64,000 nucleotides of DNA from Marsupella aquatica (taxonomy: Eukaryota > Plantae > Marchantiophyta): contig OZ316896.1 of assembly GCA_973895155.1 (NCBI GenBank), positions 16,976,754 to 17,040,753 of the forward strand, in the 5' to 3' direction. The translations under genes and the position numbers were made by a program. The notes below the pieces were generated by a model that searched no databases, was not told the DNA's origin, and saw nothing but the letters and a program-made list of their open reading frames with translations. How positions within the stretch are numbered: position 1 is the first letter of the stretch; each line of letters starts with the position of its first letter. Of this stretch, positions 1 through 11,841 are shown one piece after another.

Positions 1-229
1 AGTGCAGATAACGTCACTTCACCCACTAATAATGAATGTGCACCATGGATTATACAGTCGCCTCTCTCTCTAAGGGCACACTCCATAAACACTTACACTC
101 GATTAGTGCAGGTCATCTTGTTTTTACTTTCTTTTTTTTACAATCTTTAAGTGCTGTTTCTAAACGCACATAGTCCTAGAATCAATTCGCTAAGCAACAA
201 CTTTATAAATGCTTACCTTTGATCAGTGT

Positions 230-460
230 CTCTATGCTCGTAGAGGTAAATGCACAAAATCCTGAAATTGCATTTACGGATAAATGCATGCCCATTCTTA
301 GTAGAGAATGCACTTAAGGAGGGTTGGCATAGAATTAGGGCAGGGATACAAGGTATGAGGGTGACTACTCACTAATGGAAGGGCTCTAAATTTAACAAAG
401 GAATCTAAACAAGTGCACTTATCAATAAGTGCACTTTTTATGGGGGGTGCATTTATCAAT
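230..460. repeat. Dispersed MITE-like repeat, inverted homolog at about 47520-47730
   Basis: aaattgcatttac / ttagggcagg / gcacttatcaataa blocks match the reverse complement of the 47.5-47.7 kb segment. Confidence 0.55.
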
Positions 461-544
461 GAATGCAACACCTAGTTTGGTGCATGCCAGATCCATGTTC
501 CCAAGAGTGTGCACTTATAAGAGTCAACTGCATAGCATACTGCC

Positions 545-850
545 AAACACATCAAAGGCCCCAAACCTGGAGACATGGTCCCAAAGGTGAACAACCTAAT
601 AAAAAGGGGAAAGGGGAAAGACTCCAAGGAGACCAAAGAACCCCATAAAATGAGGAAAGGGGGAATACTCCAAGGAGACCCAAGAACCCAATAAAAAGAA
701 GAAAGGGCGAAGACTCCAAGGCGACCAAAGGACGCAATAAAAGTGGGAAAGTGGGAAGACTCCAAGGAGAACAAAGAGGGCCCACAAACCTAAGTCCTAG
801 CCACAACAAAAGAACTTGTTGAGAAAAAGCCTACAAAGGTAAAGAGAAGA
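545..850 (-). mobile_element. LINE-like 3' tail fragment (dispersed family)
   Basis: Purine-rich plus strand with core GGAGAC..G..CCCAAAGG, also at about 8459, 15077, 24888 and 48181 and inverted at about 33918; LINE assignment is inferred. Confidence 0.45.
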
Positions 851-1446
851 CAATTCTTTGTTATACTCTCAGAGTTTAGGGATAGACACCGTTTACATCC
901 AAACTTTCCTTTTTGGACGAAGGACCAAATGAATGAGAACATGGATTTCAATTCTTTCGTGTAGGAGTCTGAGGGATAGACACCGTTCAAGGAATTGTTT
1001 ACACCCCACTGAATGTGGAGCGTGTATTACAATACTCTCTTAGTTTTTTTATATATCAAACCAAAGAAGAACTTAACCAGGCCCTTTCCCCATTTTGTGT
1101 ACTTGATGGGACCAAAGATGTATTAGACTTAACCAGGTCCTTTCGAGCCATTAAAAGTATTTAAATGCGTTTACACCTCTCACTTATAAGCAGTCTACAT
1201 CAGGCCCTTTTCTAATACAGGGCGCCACCACTTGACTTGGGGTGCAATGCAATCTGCAGATTGTTAACTTTTAGTAAAACGTAGTATTTCATTGGATGAC
1301 AGAATGAACTTGAGCTGAAGGTTGTTCTGTGTGATCTATGAAGTTCAAGCTCTAACTGAACAAATTTGGGAACTTTTGCATATCTTCGACACTCAATCCT
1401 ATATCCTCAAAAACCATGGGAAAAACCATCTCCAGGACGTAGCTGG

Positions 1447-1790
1447 TGTTAGATATTGCTCTAGTCTTGTGTCTCTTGTGCTAACCACAGTTAGGCTAAC
1501 TCGGGTTAGGACCTAGCTAAGGTTAGCGGTAGTGCTGTTGTGCATATAGCCAGGGCTGATGCCAGACCCTGGTGGAACTTAGGCTCATTGTTACGGAGCT
1601 AGTTGAGAGATAGGGAGAGCTTGTGCTGTGGATGCTTGGTATGGCCGGTCGGCCTAGAGTGCAGTAAAGCTCTTGTGTGTTCCCGTGGACGTAGCCTCAT
1701 GTGGAGGTGAACCACGTATCTCTCTGTGTCGACTATTGTGCGTTGGATGGTTCATGGGCTTGCCGTTGCGAATGTCGTCTATGCTCAACA
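1447..1790 (+). repeat. 5' LTR of copia element
   Basis: TGTTAGAT...CTCAACA; differs from the 3' LTR at one position by eye (agtgCtgttg vs agtgTtgttg). Confidence 0.97.
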
Positions 1791-1792
1791 AG

Positions 1793-1804
1793 TGGTATCA
1801 GAGC
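1793..1804 (+). promoter_or_regulatory. Primer binding site (tRNA-iMet)
   Basis: TGGTATCAGAGC 2 nt after the 5' LTR. Confidence 0.95.
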
Positions 1805-3296
1805 ATGCTTGGGAGGTGACGAGGTTTTTTCATGACAGGTTTTTTCCAGCGTTCATTGTCGATGGTACATTCAGAGTTTCGTCGCATGAAACTCGGTTGT
1901 GTGTGGCTGAGCGGATAGGTTAGTGAGAGGGCATTCTAACGGTGGTTAGAGCTCGCTGATCGGTATCCGTGGTGCGGAGGAATTGAAGTTTGCGTCGTTT
2001 AGGGTTTATTCGTGTTCGACGGTATTTCGGGGGAGAAACCAGAGATCATTTCTTCAACGGTGTGAGCTGTGCGGTGTGCGGGGCATCGCATGTGATAGTT
2101 CAAGTTGAAGGTTGGAGCGTGCTGGTCGTTTTGGTATCTAGTTTGCTGACGTTTGCGGAACGAGTGCGTCGTGACGAGTGAAGGAGGCGTTCTGGTTTTT
2201 TGACAAGCTATGGTGCTTGTTTTTCCCTGAACCGGATTACTCATCGTGACGCTTGACTCGGAGGAAGAAACGCGAAGTGCTGAGGCTCAACGGAGAGATC
2301 GTGGCGAGACGGTCGTTTTGAGTCCGGGATTGGCACTTGACGCGGAGTGAAGGCGACGCAACAGAAGTTCTTTCTCTGGTGGAGCTTCAGACGTGCCGGT
2401 GCAATTCGGAAACATTTTCATGTCGGCGGTCATACTTTTCTCATTGGAAACCAAAGCGGAGGCGGCTGAGGTTTGTAACACGGCCTTTGTGTCATTTTGG
2501 GCACATTTTTAAGGTTAGTTTAGGGCATTTTTTGCCCCAATACGGCCCCAATACCCGGCAAACCAAGTTCGCCATACGCCCCGGCGCGCACACCGGCCTC
2601 CCACACCCCTTCAAGCGTGAAAATGTGCTTTTTTGGGCCCAAATACGGCCAAAAACGCCCATATACGGCCCAAAATGAAAAAATACATGCGTTTTGACCC
2701 CTTTAAACCTATTTTTTCACGTTTTTTGCTGTTTATACGCTATTCTAGCCGCGAATACGGGCGCCTTTGCCAGGGGCTTTAAGACCCCTTTAGAGTGTGT
2801 TTTTCTGAATTTTTTTCTCTCCTCCTCCTCATTGGTTGTGCATCATCCCGGGCCCTGTGACCCTCCGTTTTAACCGCTCCGACAGGGGGAACGGCCCCCT
2901 GTGAGCCCTGTTGTACTGTGCGGGAATATTCCCGAAAAACAGAGAGCTGTTTTTCGGCCGTCACACAAAGATTCCGTCCTCCGCACGCTAACTTTTTTGG
3001 TTCTTTTTTGGTGAGGACGTTGCCACTAGAGTTAGCAACGCGGCGCACCAATCACATTGCGATTTCAACGATGGGTTGTACTAGTTATTTCGGTTATTCT
3101 CCGAGGTGGTCAAAACGGGGGAGTTTCCCAAGGTTTTACCCACCCCGGCCAAAATTTGAATAATTTTTCCGTCGAATTTTGATTTTGATTTCGGATTTCA
3201 GTATTGGACTCCTAGCTTCGTGGGCTACGCGGCAATGTTGAGTTTTGAGTTTTGTGAGAAGTTTCAAAAAAAGACGTTTTTTTGTGATTGTTTCAT

Positions 3297-4352
3297 ATGA
3301 GTGACTCGGAGGATACTGGAAGAATTGGCGTCGGTGGAGCTTTAGGATCGCGAAGGTCAGACGGTGAGTCTGAGGAGGAGCTGCTACCATTTGAGGAGGA
3401 ACTAGTGACACCGGTACGATCACCGGTGCGGCGTGCAGTGGAGGAAGCTGTGTTACTACCAGAGCTGTCGGTAGTAGGGAAGAAGAGGGAGATGGCTAGA
3501 TTTGGAGGAGTGAAGTTTGAGGTGGAGAAGTACGATGGTCGTACTGATTACTTGCTCTGGGAGAAGCAAGTGAAGGGTGTTCTACGGGCCATGGGCTTAG
3601 CTCATCTGCTTTCATCGCGAGAGCAGTATGATGGAGAGGAGGAGATTTCAGTGAGGCAATGGAGACAGGAGCAGGTGATTGCTGTCAATGCAGTGATGCT
3701 ATATCTCAAGCCGCACATCATCAAGCAGCTGGATGATTATGCGGATTGCGCGTCATTGTTCAAGGCTCTAAGAGAGAAGTACTACCGGGAAGATGCGTCA
3801 GACCGGCTGTACAAGAAGTCTCTCTTGATGAGCCTCAGGCTCAAGGAAGGGAGCAAGATGCAGGATCACCTGGATGAGTTTGACAGTCTAGCGGTTGATC
3901 TGTCAAACCTGGGAAAAGGAGTTGAAGATAAGGATAAGGCCTTGCTTCTGCTAAGCTCCTTACCGCCGTCATATCAGGGCTTGAAACAGGTGCTCTTGTA
4001 CAGAGATATGAAGTCCATTTCGTATAATGAGGTGGTGAACTCATTACTGTCTGATGATGCTCAGAAGAAGCTGGGTCAATCACAGATAGCATCTTCTTGT
4101 GGCACTGCGCTCAATGTGAATAGGGGAAGAGTAGCGCAATGCACGAATGGGCAAAACAGGTTTAGATCTACATCACGAGGGAGATCTAAATCCAGAGGGA
4201 AATCGCAAGAGAGGAAGCCTCTTGCATGTTGGAATTGTGGCAAGCCTGACCACATGAAAAGGGATTGTCGAGTAAAGGTACCTACTGCCTCTGCTAATGC
4301 GGCATCGAGCTCGCATGAGGTAGATTTACTCGATGATGATGACATATTGTGA
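3297..4352 (+). CDS. gag: Copia Gag (UBN2-type gag with CCHC zinc knuckle)
   Basis: Intact ORF from ATG 3297; KFEVEKYDGRTDYLLW motif and CWNCGKPDHMKRDC knuckle; ends in TGA. Confidence 0.92.
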   Translation: MSDSEDTGRIGVGGALGSRRSDGESEEELLPFEEELVTPVRSPVRRAVEEAVLLPELSVVGKKREMARFGGVKFEVEKYDGRTDYLLWEKQVKGVLRAMGLAHLLSSREQYDGEEEISVRQWRQEQVIAVNAVMLYLKPHIIKQLDDYADCASLFKALREKYYREDASDRLYKKSLLMSLRLKEGSKMQDHLDEFDSLAVDLSNLGKGVEDKDKALLLLSSLPPSYQGLKQVLLYRDMKSISYNEVVNSLLSDDAQKKLGQSQIASSCGTALNVNRGRVAQCTNGQNRFRSTSRGRSKSRGKSQERKPLACWNCGKPDHMKRDCRVKVPTASANAASSSHEVDLLDDDDIL

Positions 4353-7300
4353 TGTCAAGGTTATGCTCTCAACGTAATGTCAAATCCAGGTAGTGATGAC
4401 TGGATTCTAGATAGTGCATGTACTTTTCACATTTGCTCTAGGAGAAATTGTTTCAGTTCTTACAGGGTTTCCAATGGATCAGTGTTGATGGGAAATGGAA
4501 TCCCATGTCAAGTTGTTGGACTTGGATCTGTAAGATTTTAGATGTTTGATGGAGTTGTGAGAACGTTGAGGAATGTGAGACATATTCCCAGCATGATGAA
4601 AAATCTCATTTCACTTGGAGTTTTAGAAGCAAATGGTCATCAGTGGAGCTCTGCTAATGATATCCTTCAGGTTTCAACTGGTACTAAAGTTGTATTGAAG
4701 GGAAAGAGACATAGCAATCTATAGGTTTTGGAGGGCAGTGTAGTTTGTGATGAAGCCAATGTAACCTTATCTCATGAGGAGACGGCCCGGCTGTGGCACT
4801 TCCGTTTGGGCCACATGAGTGAAAAAGGTTTGGTTATTCTTCAGAAGAAAGGATTACTTTCTAATTTGCAATCTTGTAAGTTGGAATTTTGTGAGCACTG
4901 TGTGCTAGGGAAACAGCACAGAAAACCCTTCGGAGTTGGAACTCACACCAGCAAGGAGGTACTTGAGTATGTACATAGTGATGTGTGGGGTCCAGCCCCT
5001 ACTCCCTCACATTCTGGACGGTTATACTATGTCACGTTCATAGACGATTACTCAAGGTATGTGTGGATATACTTTCTACACAATAAGTCTGATATTTTTG
5101 CCACTTTTAAGGAGTGGAAAGCCCAAGTTGAGAATCAGACTGGTAATAAGGTGAGATATCTTCGATCGGATAACGGCGGTGAATACAGTTCCGGGGAATT
5201 TGGAACGTATTGTAAGGAGAAGGGGATTACCCGCCATCTCACAACAAGTTATACTCCTCAGCAAAATGGTGTTTCTGAGAGACTCAACCAAACACTATTG
5301 GACCGCTCGAGGAGTATGTTGAGTCAATCATGCTTACCACATGAGTTTTGGGCTGAAGTTGTCAACACTGCAGCTTATTTGGTAATTTTTTCTCCATCCA
5401 GTTCTATTGGATTCAAGACGCCATTTGAAATGAGGTACGGGCGTCCAGCAGATTACTCACATCTGAGGATTTTTGGATGTGATGCTTATGTGCTTACACC
5501 TTCCCAGCTTTGATCCAAGCTGGAGTCCAAGTCGAAGAAGTGCATTTTCCTTGGTTATCATAAAGGTGTGAAGGGTTATAGGTTATGGGATCCAGTAACC
5601 TATAAGCTAATTATCAGTAGAGATGTGTCCTTTAATGAATCCAGATCATCAAAGGAGGGGGAAAGTTCTTAGGACTCCCATACTGACAAGGGGAAATCTC
5701 CCATCCCGGACCGGGTTGAGGGGGAGATTAGTCATGATGCAGTTCATGACAAGAGAGATGGAGAAACTCCGGGCTTGGAGCTGGTTCCTGTGATGGAACA
5801 AGAGGAGCAAATTGTTGTTGGGGTACCTCAAATTCAACCAGCAGCAGCAACAGATCAGCCAGAGTCATCTACTAGAAGAACTTCCAGTCGTTCTACTAGA
5901 GCTCCTACCAGGTATGGTCAATGGGCAGACTCATCTAAGCTAGATGATATTGACATTGCACCTGATGAAGGTGGACAACAAGTGGATTTACAAGTTGAAG
6001 GATAGTACTTCAGAGGGTGGAGACAAGATCTACAAGGCAAGGCTTGTTGCCAAGGGATTCACTCAGGAGAAAGGAGTGGATTACAATGAGGTTTTTTCAC
6101 CGGTTGCTAAGTATTCCACAATTCGAATCTTGTGTCAGCTTGTTGTGTTTTTTAATTTGGTGATGGATCAGATGGATGTTGTTACTGCTTTTCTCTATGG
6201 CAACTTGGAAGAGATGATCTTCATGAGACAGCCACTAGGCTTTATGAAAAAGGGCCAAGAGAACTTAGTTTGCAGATTGCTCAAATCCTGGTATGGATTG
6301 AAGCAGTCTCCCAGACAGTGGAACAAGCGGTTTGATAATTTCATGCTTGCTCAAGGTTTTACAAGGATGGTGTATGATCCTTTGTGTGTATACGAAATCA
6401 GTCAAGAATGATGTATTTGGTTTCATCATTTTGGTGATCTATGTGGATGACATGCTAATTGTGGTTAAAGATCAATCTGAGGTTGACAGTCTCAAGGCAA
6501 AATTGAGCGTTGAATTCAGGATGAAGGATCTTGGTAAGGCCAAGAGGATCTTAGGGATGGAGATTTTTAGGAACTCTGAGACTGGACAGTTGTGCTTGAG
6601 TCAAGGCCAGTATGCGAGGAAAGTACTTGCACGATTCAACATGGAGAACTGTAAGCCAGTGAGTATTCCTTTAGCTTCACATTTCAAGTTATCATCGGCT
6701 TTCTCTCCTACGGATGCTGTGGAGAAAGGTCTGATGGCTAAGATTCCTTATGAGAAGGCAGTAGGCAGTCTGATGTATTTGATGACTTGTACTAGGCCTG
6801 ACTTGGCCCTAGCGATGGGCAAGGTTAGCAGATTCATGTCAAATCCAGGGAAGGTACATTGGGAAGCTGTGAAATGGATTCTCAGGTATGTGAAGGGAAC
6901 ACAGGACTATGGATTACTATTTGATAACAGATCAAATAGAATGTTAGTTGGCTATGTAGATTCTGACTATGGAGGCTGTCTGGATACAAGGAGATTTACA
7001 ACTGGGTTTGTATACACTCTTGGAGGAGGATGTATCAGTTGGAAATCTACCTTGCAGAAGTGCATATCTCAGTCTACTACAGAAGCAGAGTATGTTGCAG
7101 CAGCAGAAGCTGCAAAGGAAGCAATTTGGTTGGATAAGTTGATCGCGGAGATGGGTTTAGAGCATGGAAAAATGACTCTAAACTGTGATAGTCAGAGTGC
7201 TCTTCACTTGGCTGCTAACCAGGTGATGGATAGCAGGGTGAAACACATTGATATCAGGTACCATTTTATCAGGCAAGCAGTGTCTGATAAAACTTTTGAG

Positions 7301-7408
7301 CTAGTCAAGATTGATGGAAAGCTCAATCCCGCTGATGCCTTTACCAAAGTGATTCCTTTGGAGAGTTTCTCAAGACACCGTACTACTTTGCAGGTTTTGC
7401 AGTTGTAG
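4353..7408 (+). pseudogene. pol: Copia pol (protease-integrase-RT-RNaseH), disrupted
   Basis: Motifs WILDSACTFH, LWHFRLGH..CEHC, HSDVWGP, LRSDNGGEY, YKARLVAKG, YVDDML, YVDSDY, KHIDIRYHF. Stops at 4539, 4722, 5511 and 5670; deletion near 5965; +1 frameshift near 6380. Confidence 0.95.
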
Positions 7409-7604
7409 TGCAAGTAGAGTTATTTAGCAATGTGTTACTATTTGTATATGGATTACTCATTCCTGTTAGGCTACGGCTTAGTTCTAGTTAACCCTTAGTT
7501 AACCCTTGTGGTTTTTAGGGGGAGACCTGGTTTGGTGATTGTCTAGAACTTCCCGCTGAGGATTCCATATGGTAGCATTTAGTCCAGTCCCCAAGACAAG
7601 AGTC

Positions 7605-7613
7605 AAGGGGGAG
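7605..7613 (+). promoter_or_regulatory. Polypurine tract
   Basis: AAGGGGGAG 2 nt before the 3' LTR. Confidence 0.9.
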
Positions 7614-7615
7614 TT

Positions 7616-7959
7616 TGTTAGATATTGCTCTAGTCTTGTGTCTCTTGTGCTAACCACAGTTAGGCTAACTCGGGTTAGGACCTAGCTAAGGTTAGCGGTA
7701 GTGTTGTTGTGCATATAGCCAGGGCTGATGCCAGACCCTGGTGGAACTTAGGCTCATTGTTACGGAGCTAGTTGAGAGATAGGGAGAGCTTGTGCTGTGG
7801 ATGCTTGGTATGGCCGGTCGGCCTAGAGTGCAGTAAAGCTCTTGTGTGTTCCCGTGGACGTAGCCTCATGTGGAGGTGAACCACGTATCTCTCTGTGTCG
7901 ACTATTGTGCGTTGGATGGTTCATGGGCTTGCCGTTGCGAATGTCGTCTATGCTCAACA
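7616..7959 (+). repeat. 3' LTR of copia element
   Basis: Copy of 1447-1790 followed by TSD GCTGG. Confidence 0.97.
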
Positions 7960-9204
7960 GCTGGAACTGTACAGATCACAACTAACAATTTTTAGCTCAA
8001 ATAGGGTTCATTTTGTCATCCGATGAAACATTAAATTTTACCAAAAATTGACATTCTGCAGTCAGTTTGCGTTGCGCCCTGTTTAGTGGCAAAGGGCCAA
8101 ATGTAGAGTGCGTTGAAGTGAGAGGCGTAATTGCATTTTAGTACTTTTGACTACTCACTGTCAAAAGGGCCTGATTAAGTATAAAATCCATCTGACTTTG
8201 GTCCCCGTTAAGTCCACAAATATGCGCCCAGAGAGGCATGACTTTGTGGTAGCTCACTTGAATTGAGACTCATAGGTCTTGGGTTCAACTGTTGCGGCTG
8301 ACACTTCCCAACTATTGTGGCTGACTCTTCCCTTTCTGTGGGGTTTCACAGATTTCCCTTTTAAAAAAAAATTAAAAAAAAAGTCCACAATATGCAGGAG
8401 CGGCCCGGTTAAGTCCTTCTTTGGTATCAAACTGCCAGAGAACAAAAGCACCATTCCAGGAGACTGGACCCCAAAGGCAAAAAATGCATTAATGGGGGAC
8501 AGAAAGGAAAATCCTAGTGCAGAAAACCAGAGAAGCATAAAAGTCCCAGCCTCAGGCATCAACTATGACAAAAGGAATAAAAAGCCCACAAAATTGCAAA
8601 TGAAGGAGCAAGCCTATTTTAAATCCCTATTGGGTAGCAAAACTGAAAAGCCTAGTAAAGGTCGAGAATAAACTAGATAGGAGGTTCATGAAGATGTATC
8701 ATCCCTAAAACCAACAACCTCAACACTCCTCAGAATGGTGAAACCCTGGGCCAAGTGAATGTGTAACATGGATTCAGTTGAATTTGTTGTACTTTTGTAG
8801 TCTGTGAGGACATGCACCTCTTATAAAGAATGGTTTACATCCAAATACATGAACAGGGATTCCAATTTCTAATGGTCATTCTTCGTGTATGGCGTTTGTA
8901 CTTTGGCAAGGCTCTCTTAGAGCATCCGCACCGGACCGCCATTCAAGGCGCCCAGCAGTGAAAATGCAGGGATTCCTTTGGGAATCCACTTTTGGACTCC
9001 CCACCGGAACACAACAGGGTTCCGCTAACACCCAGGGCCCGCCAAAACTCGCTCCCGCCACACCACTTCTGCCCTACAGTAGCGGCACTGGCTTTGCCCT
9101 CCAACGGACCTCCTGTTTGGCTGAATGGTTGAGATTGAAGGTCGCAGCTGGATCTGACGGACGGAAGGAGGCGATGCTAGGCCTGAAATCCGTGAACACA
9201 TGTG

Positions 9205-10290
9205 ATGATGACAGAATTTCTGCCCGAGCTCCTCGTGGTGCTACAATTTTCGGGGCTGTCGTCGCGGGATCACCATGGCTGGAACAATGCTCGGGGGCAA
9301 AATTTTGCTAATGCAGAGTTGAAGCAAGTGTGCATGTCCTGGGTGAACATTTCCGAGGACCCCATCGTAGGCGCAGGGCAGAAAAATGCAGCATTTTGGG
9401 ATCGTGTTGCTGCTCACTACAACCATCACCGACCGAAGGGGACTCAAGACAGGGGAGCGAGATCATTGGAAAGCAAGTGGCAGGACCTGAAACGTGATGT
9501 TGCAAAATTTTCGGGTGTATATAGTGCAGTAGAGGACCTGAGGTTGTCGAGAGAAAATCAGGAGGACACTCTACAGAAAGCTCTGGAATTATATCAACAA
9601 AAGAATGCAAAGGGGAAGGAATTTGCCTTCATAGACTGCTGGTACATGCTCAAAGATTGCCCTCGATTTTCGCAGACAATGGAGGACATGGCATCCAAGG
9701 GGAAGGGCAAATCTCAGAGCAAGGGGAAGAGTGGGCTGCCAGACAAATCAAATGTGCCTCCAACACCACATTCGCCAACAGAAATCATTAACCAGCATGG
9801 TGGAGGTCTCTCAACAGTAGATGGAGTGGAATTTAGCTCAAATTCACACTAGAGGCCGATTGGCAACAAGTCTGCCAAGAAGCTTAAGTCTGAGGAGTGC
9901 TCTTTTTGCATTGCAGCTTATGCTCAACGGGATATGGCAGCCGCCAATGCCAAACGGATGAAGATATTGGAGGATCAGAGCCTACACAACCTGTTTAGTA
10001 TGAGAGTTGCAGATGTAGACGACGAATGCAGGGAATTCTTTTGAGCTTGTAGAGCCCGGGAGCTTACCAAATTCGCACAGAGAATTGAACAGGAAGAGGC
10101 TGAGGCTGCTAGAGCTAGTACTAGACGTAGTACATCAAGTTCCTCACCGGAGGTGCCAATTAGTGAGCAGCCTGTTGTTCCAGAATTAGTCCAGACTCCA
10201 GAAGCCACTGGCCCTATTGGTAACGAGAATTTCTTCATGAGTCAACTGGAAGTGGAACAAGCACTAGGGAGGGGAAGTCCAATTGAGTAA
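9205..10290 (+). pseudogene. Harbinger Myb/SANT-like (NAM-associated) accessory protein
   Basis: SWVNISEDPIVGAGQKNAAFWDRV, SLESKW, FIDCWYMLKDCPRF, RPIGNKSAKK; in-frame stops at 9850 and about 10042. Confidence 0.88.
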
Positions 10291-10501
10291 GATCCAGGAC
10301 ATTTCGTAGCTCATAGCTCAATTTTCCACTGCAGATTAACTAATGTGTCTGTCCAATTTTGGAAGTTTAGACTTGATTTCAGAATTCACATTGTACATGC
10401 AGAAATGAGATCAGAATTTGCTCAGAGAATTGTGAAATTGTGATGTTATGTCCATTTGAATTCAACTTTGTATGTACAATCTCTGGTGCTGAACTAAATC
10501 A

Positions 10502-11841
10502 CTACATCTGTCCAACATAATCGAATCGATGACCTCTACCTTTGAGAGCCCACAAATGCTCAACTAGATCATTTCGCAGCATGTAGTGAGTGTCTGAATC
10601 CTCATTGACTCGAGTTGCAGCCAAGTACTCTTTCCAGTCACTAGTTGTGAGTCTCTCTCCTTGCCTATTGCTTCCTTGCTGCTGTTCCCATTCTTGTGGC
10701 AAATTCTCTAGTCGCTCATCATTTATTATCATATTATGTAAAATTACACAGGCAAGAAGGATGTCTTTGATCACAGCCTGGTTGTGAATCCTCATAGGAT
10801 TCCGAATAATGCTAAAACAAGCTTGCAACACACCAAAATCTCTCTCCACGTCCTTCCATGCACCTTCTTGGCATCTGGCAAACCACTTTCTGGCTTCACC
10901 CTGTGGCAATGCTATTGTCTGAACAAAAATTGACCAATCTGGGTAGATACCGTCAGTGAGGAGATAATATTTGTCATATTGAGACCCATTCACAGTAAAT
11001 TTGAGCTCATGAGCCTGACTTCTCAGCAAATTGTTCACCAATGGGGACCTGTCCAGAACGTTCAGATCATGTTGCCTCCAGGAAGGCCAAAATATGCATG
11101 CCAGATCCATAAGGACTGGTCAGCAACTGCTTCCAACACAATGGATTTCTGTCTGTCCTTGTTTGTAAAGAGCCCTTGCCATGCAACAGGGCAATTTTTC
11201 CAGACATAATGCATGCAATCTAATGAAGCGAACATACCCGGGAATCCTCTCCCCTCATTGATTTCCAGTTGTCTCTCCATGTCTTCCTTGGTAGGCTGCC
11301 TCAAGTATTTTTCCTGAAAAACCTCTCGAATGGCTCTGCAGAATCTCTTTAGAGAATCCATAGCTGTGGTTTCTCCAATGCGGCAATACTCATCCATGGC
11401 ATCTGCTGAAACACCAAGTGAAAGCTGTCTCAGTGCTGCTATAACTTTCTGAATTGAAGATAGGCCCTTCACTCCAGCAGCATCCTGTTTCTGGACAAAA
11501 TAATCGTCAGCTTCACACACTGCATCATGGATTTTCCAGAAAAGATGTCTTCTCATTCTATATCGCCTTCTGAATTGAGCATCTGTGTACACTGGATTCT
11601 CTCAAAAATAGTCCTTCCAAATTCTCTCATGCCCAAGCTCTCTGTCTCGATCAATGTTCTTGCTTTTTCCAGACAATGATCCACCTCGTTTCTTCCTATT
11701 GTGTCGTTTGTAGAACTCCATGAGAGCCAAAGGTCCAGAAATAGTGGTGTGCTCCCACCACGTCTGTTCCTAATCCAGCTCTTTCAATTCATCTCTAATT
11801 TGCTGATTCAATTGAGCCCGCCACTCGTCATGAGAGGTCAT
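10502..11841 (-). pseudogene. Harbinger DDE transposase (Plant_tran/HARBI1 family)
   Basis: FRRRYRM, RGFPGMFASLDCMH, LEAVADQSLWIWHAYFG, DLNVLDRSP, YYLLTDGIYP, ACVILHNMI; frameshift near 11075 and two N-terminal stops. Confidence 0.93.

Larger units (their letters stand above)
1447..7959 (+). mobile_element. Full-length Ty1/copia LTR retrotransposon (Tnt1/Tork-like), coding-defective
   Basis: Two 344-bp LTRs (1447-1790, 7616-7959) with TG...CA ends; 5-bp TSD GCTGG (1442-1446, 7960-7964); PBS TGGTATCAGAGC; PPT; domain order gag-PR-INT-RT-RH. Confidence 0.98.
1088..8228. mobile_element. Old foldback/MITE-like element split by the copia insertion
   Basis: About 1088-1352 is a degenerate inverted repeat of about 7960-8228 (gggaccaaag, acttaa.cagg.cc, cctctcactt, ggatgaca.aatgaac, gtgatct...agttc.agc). 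Confidence 0.75.

Noticed and set aside
472-809. Hydrophobic minus-strand ORFs resembling membrane proteins
   Set aside because: Artefact of the pyrimidine-rich low-complexity repeat tail.
4320-4389. Possible GT-AG intron skipping the gag stop
   Set aside because: The 70-nt removal would shift the frame and not join gag to pol.
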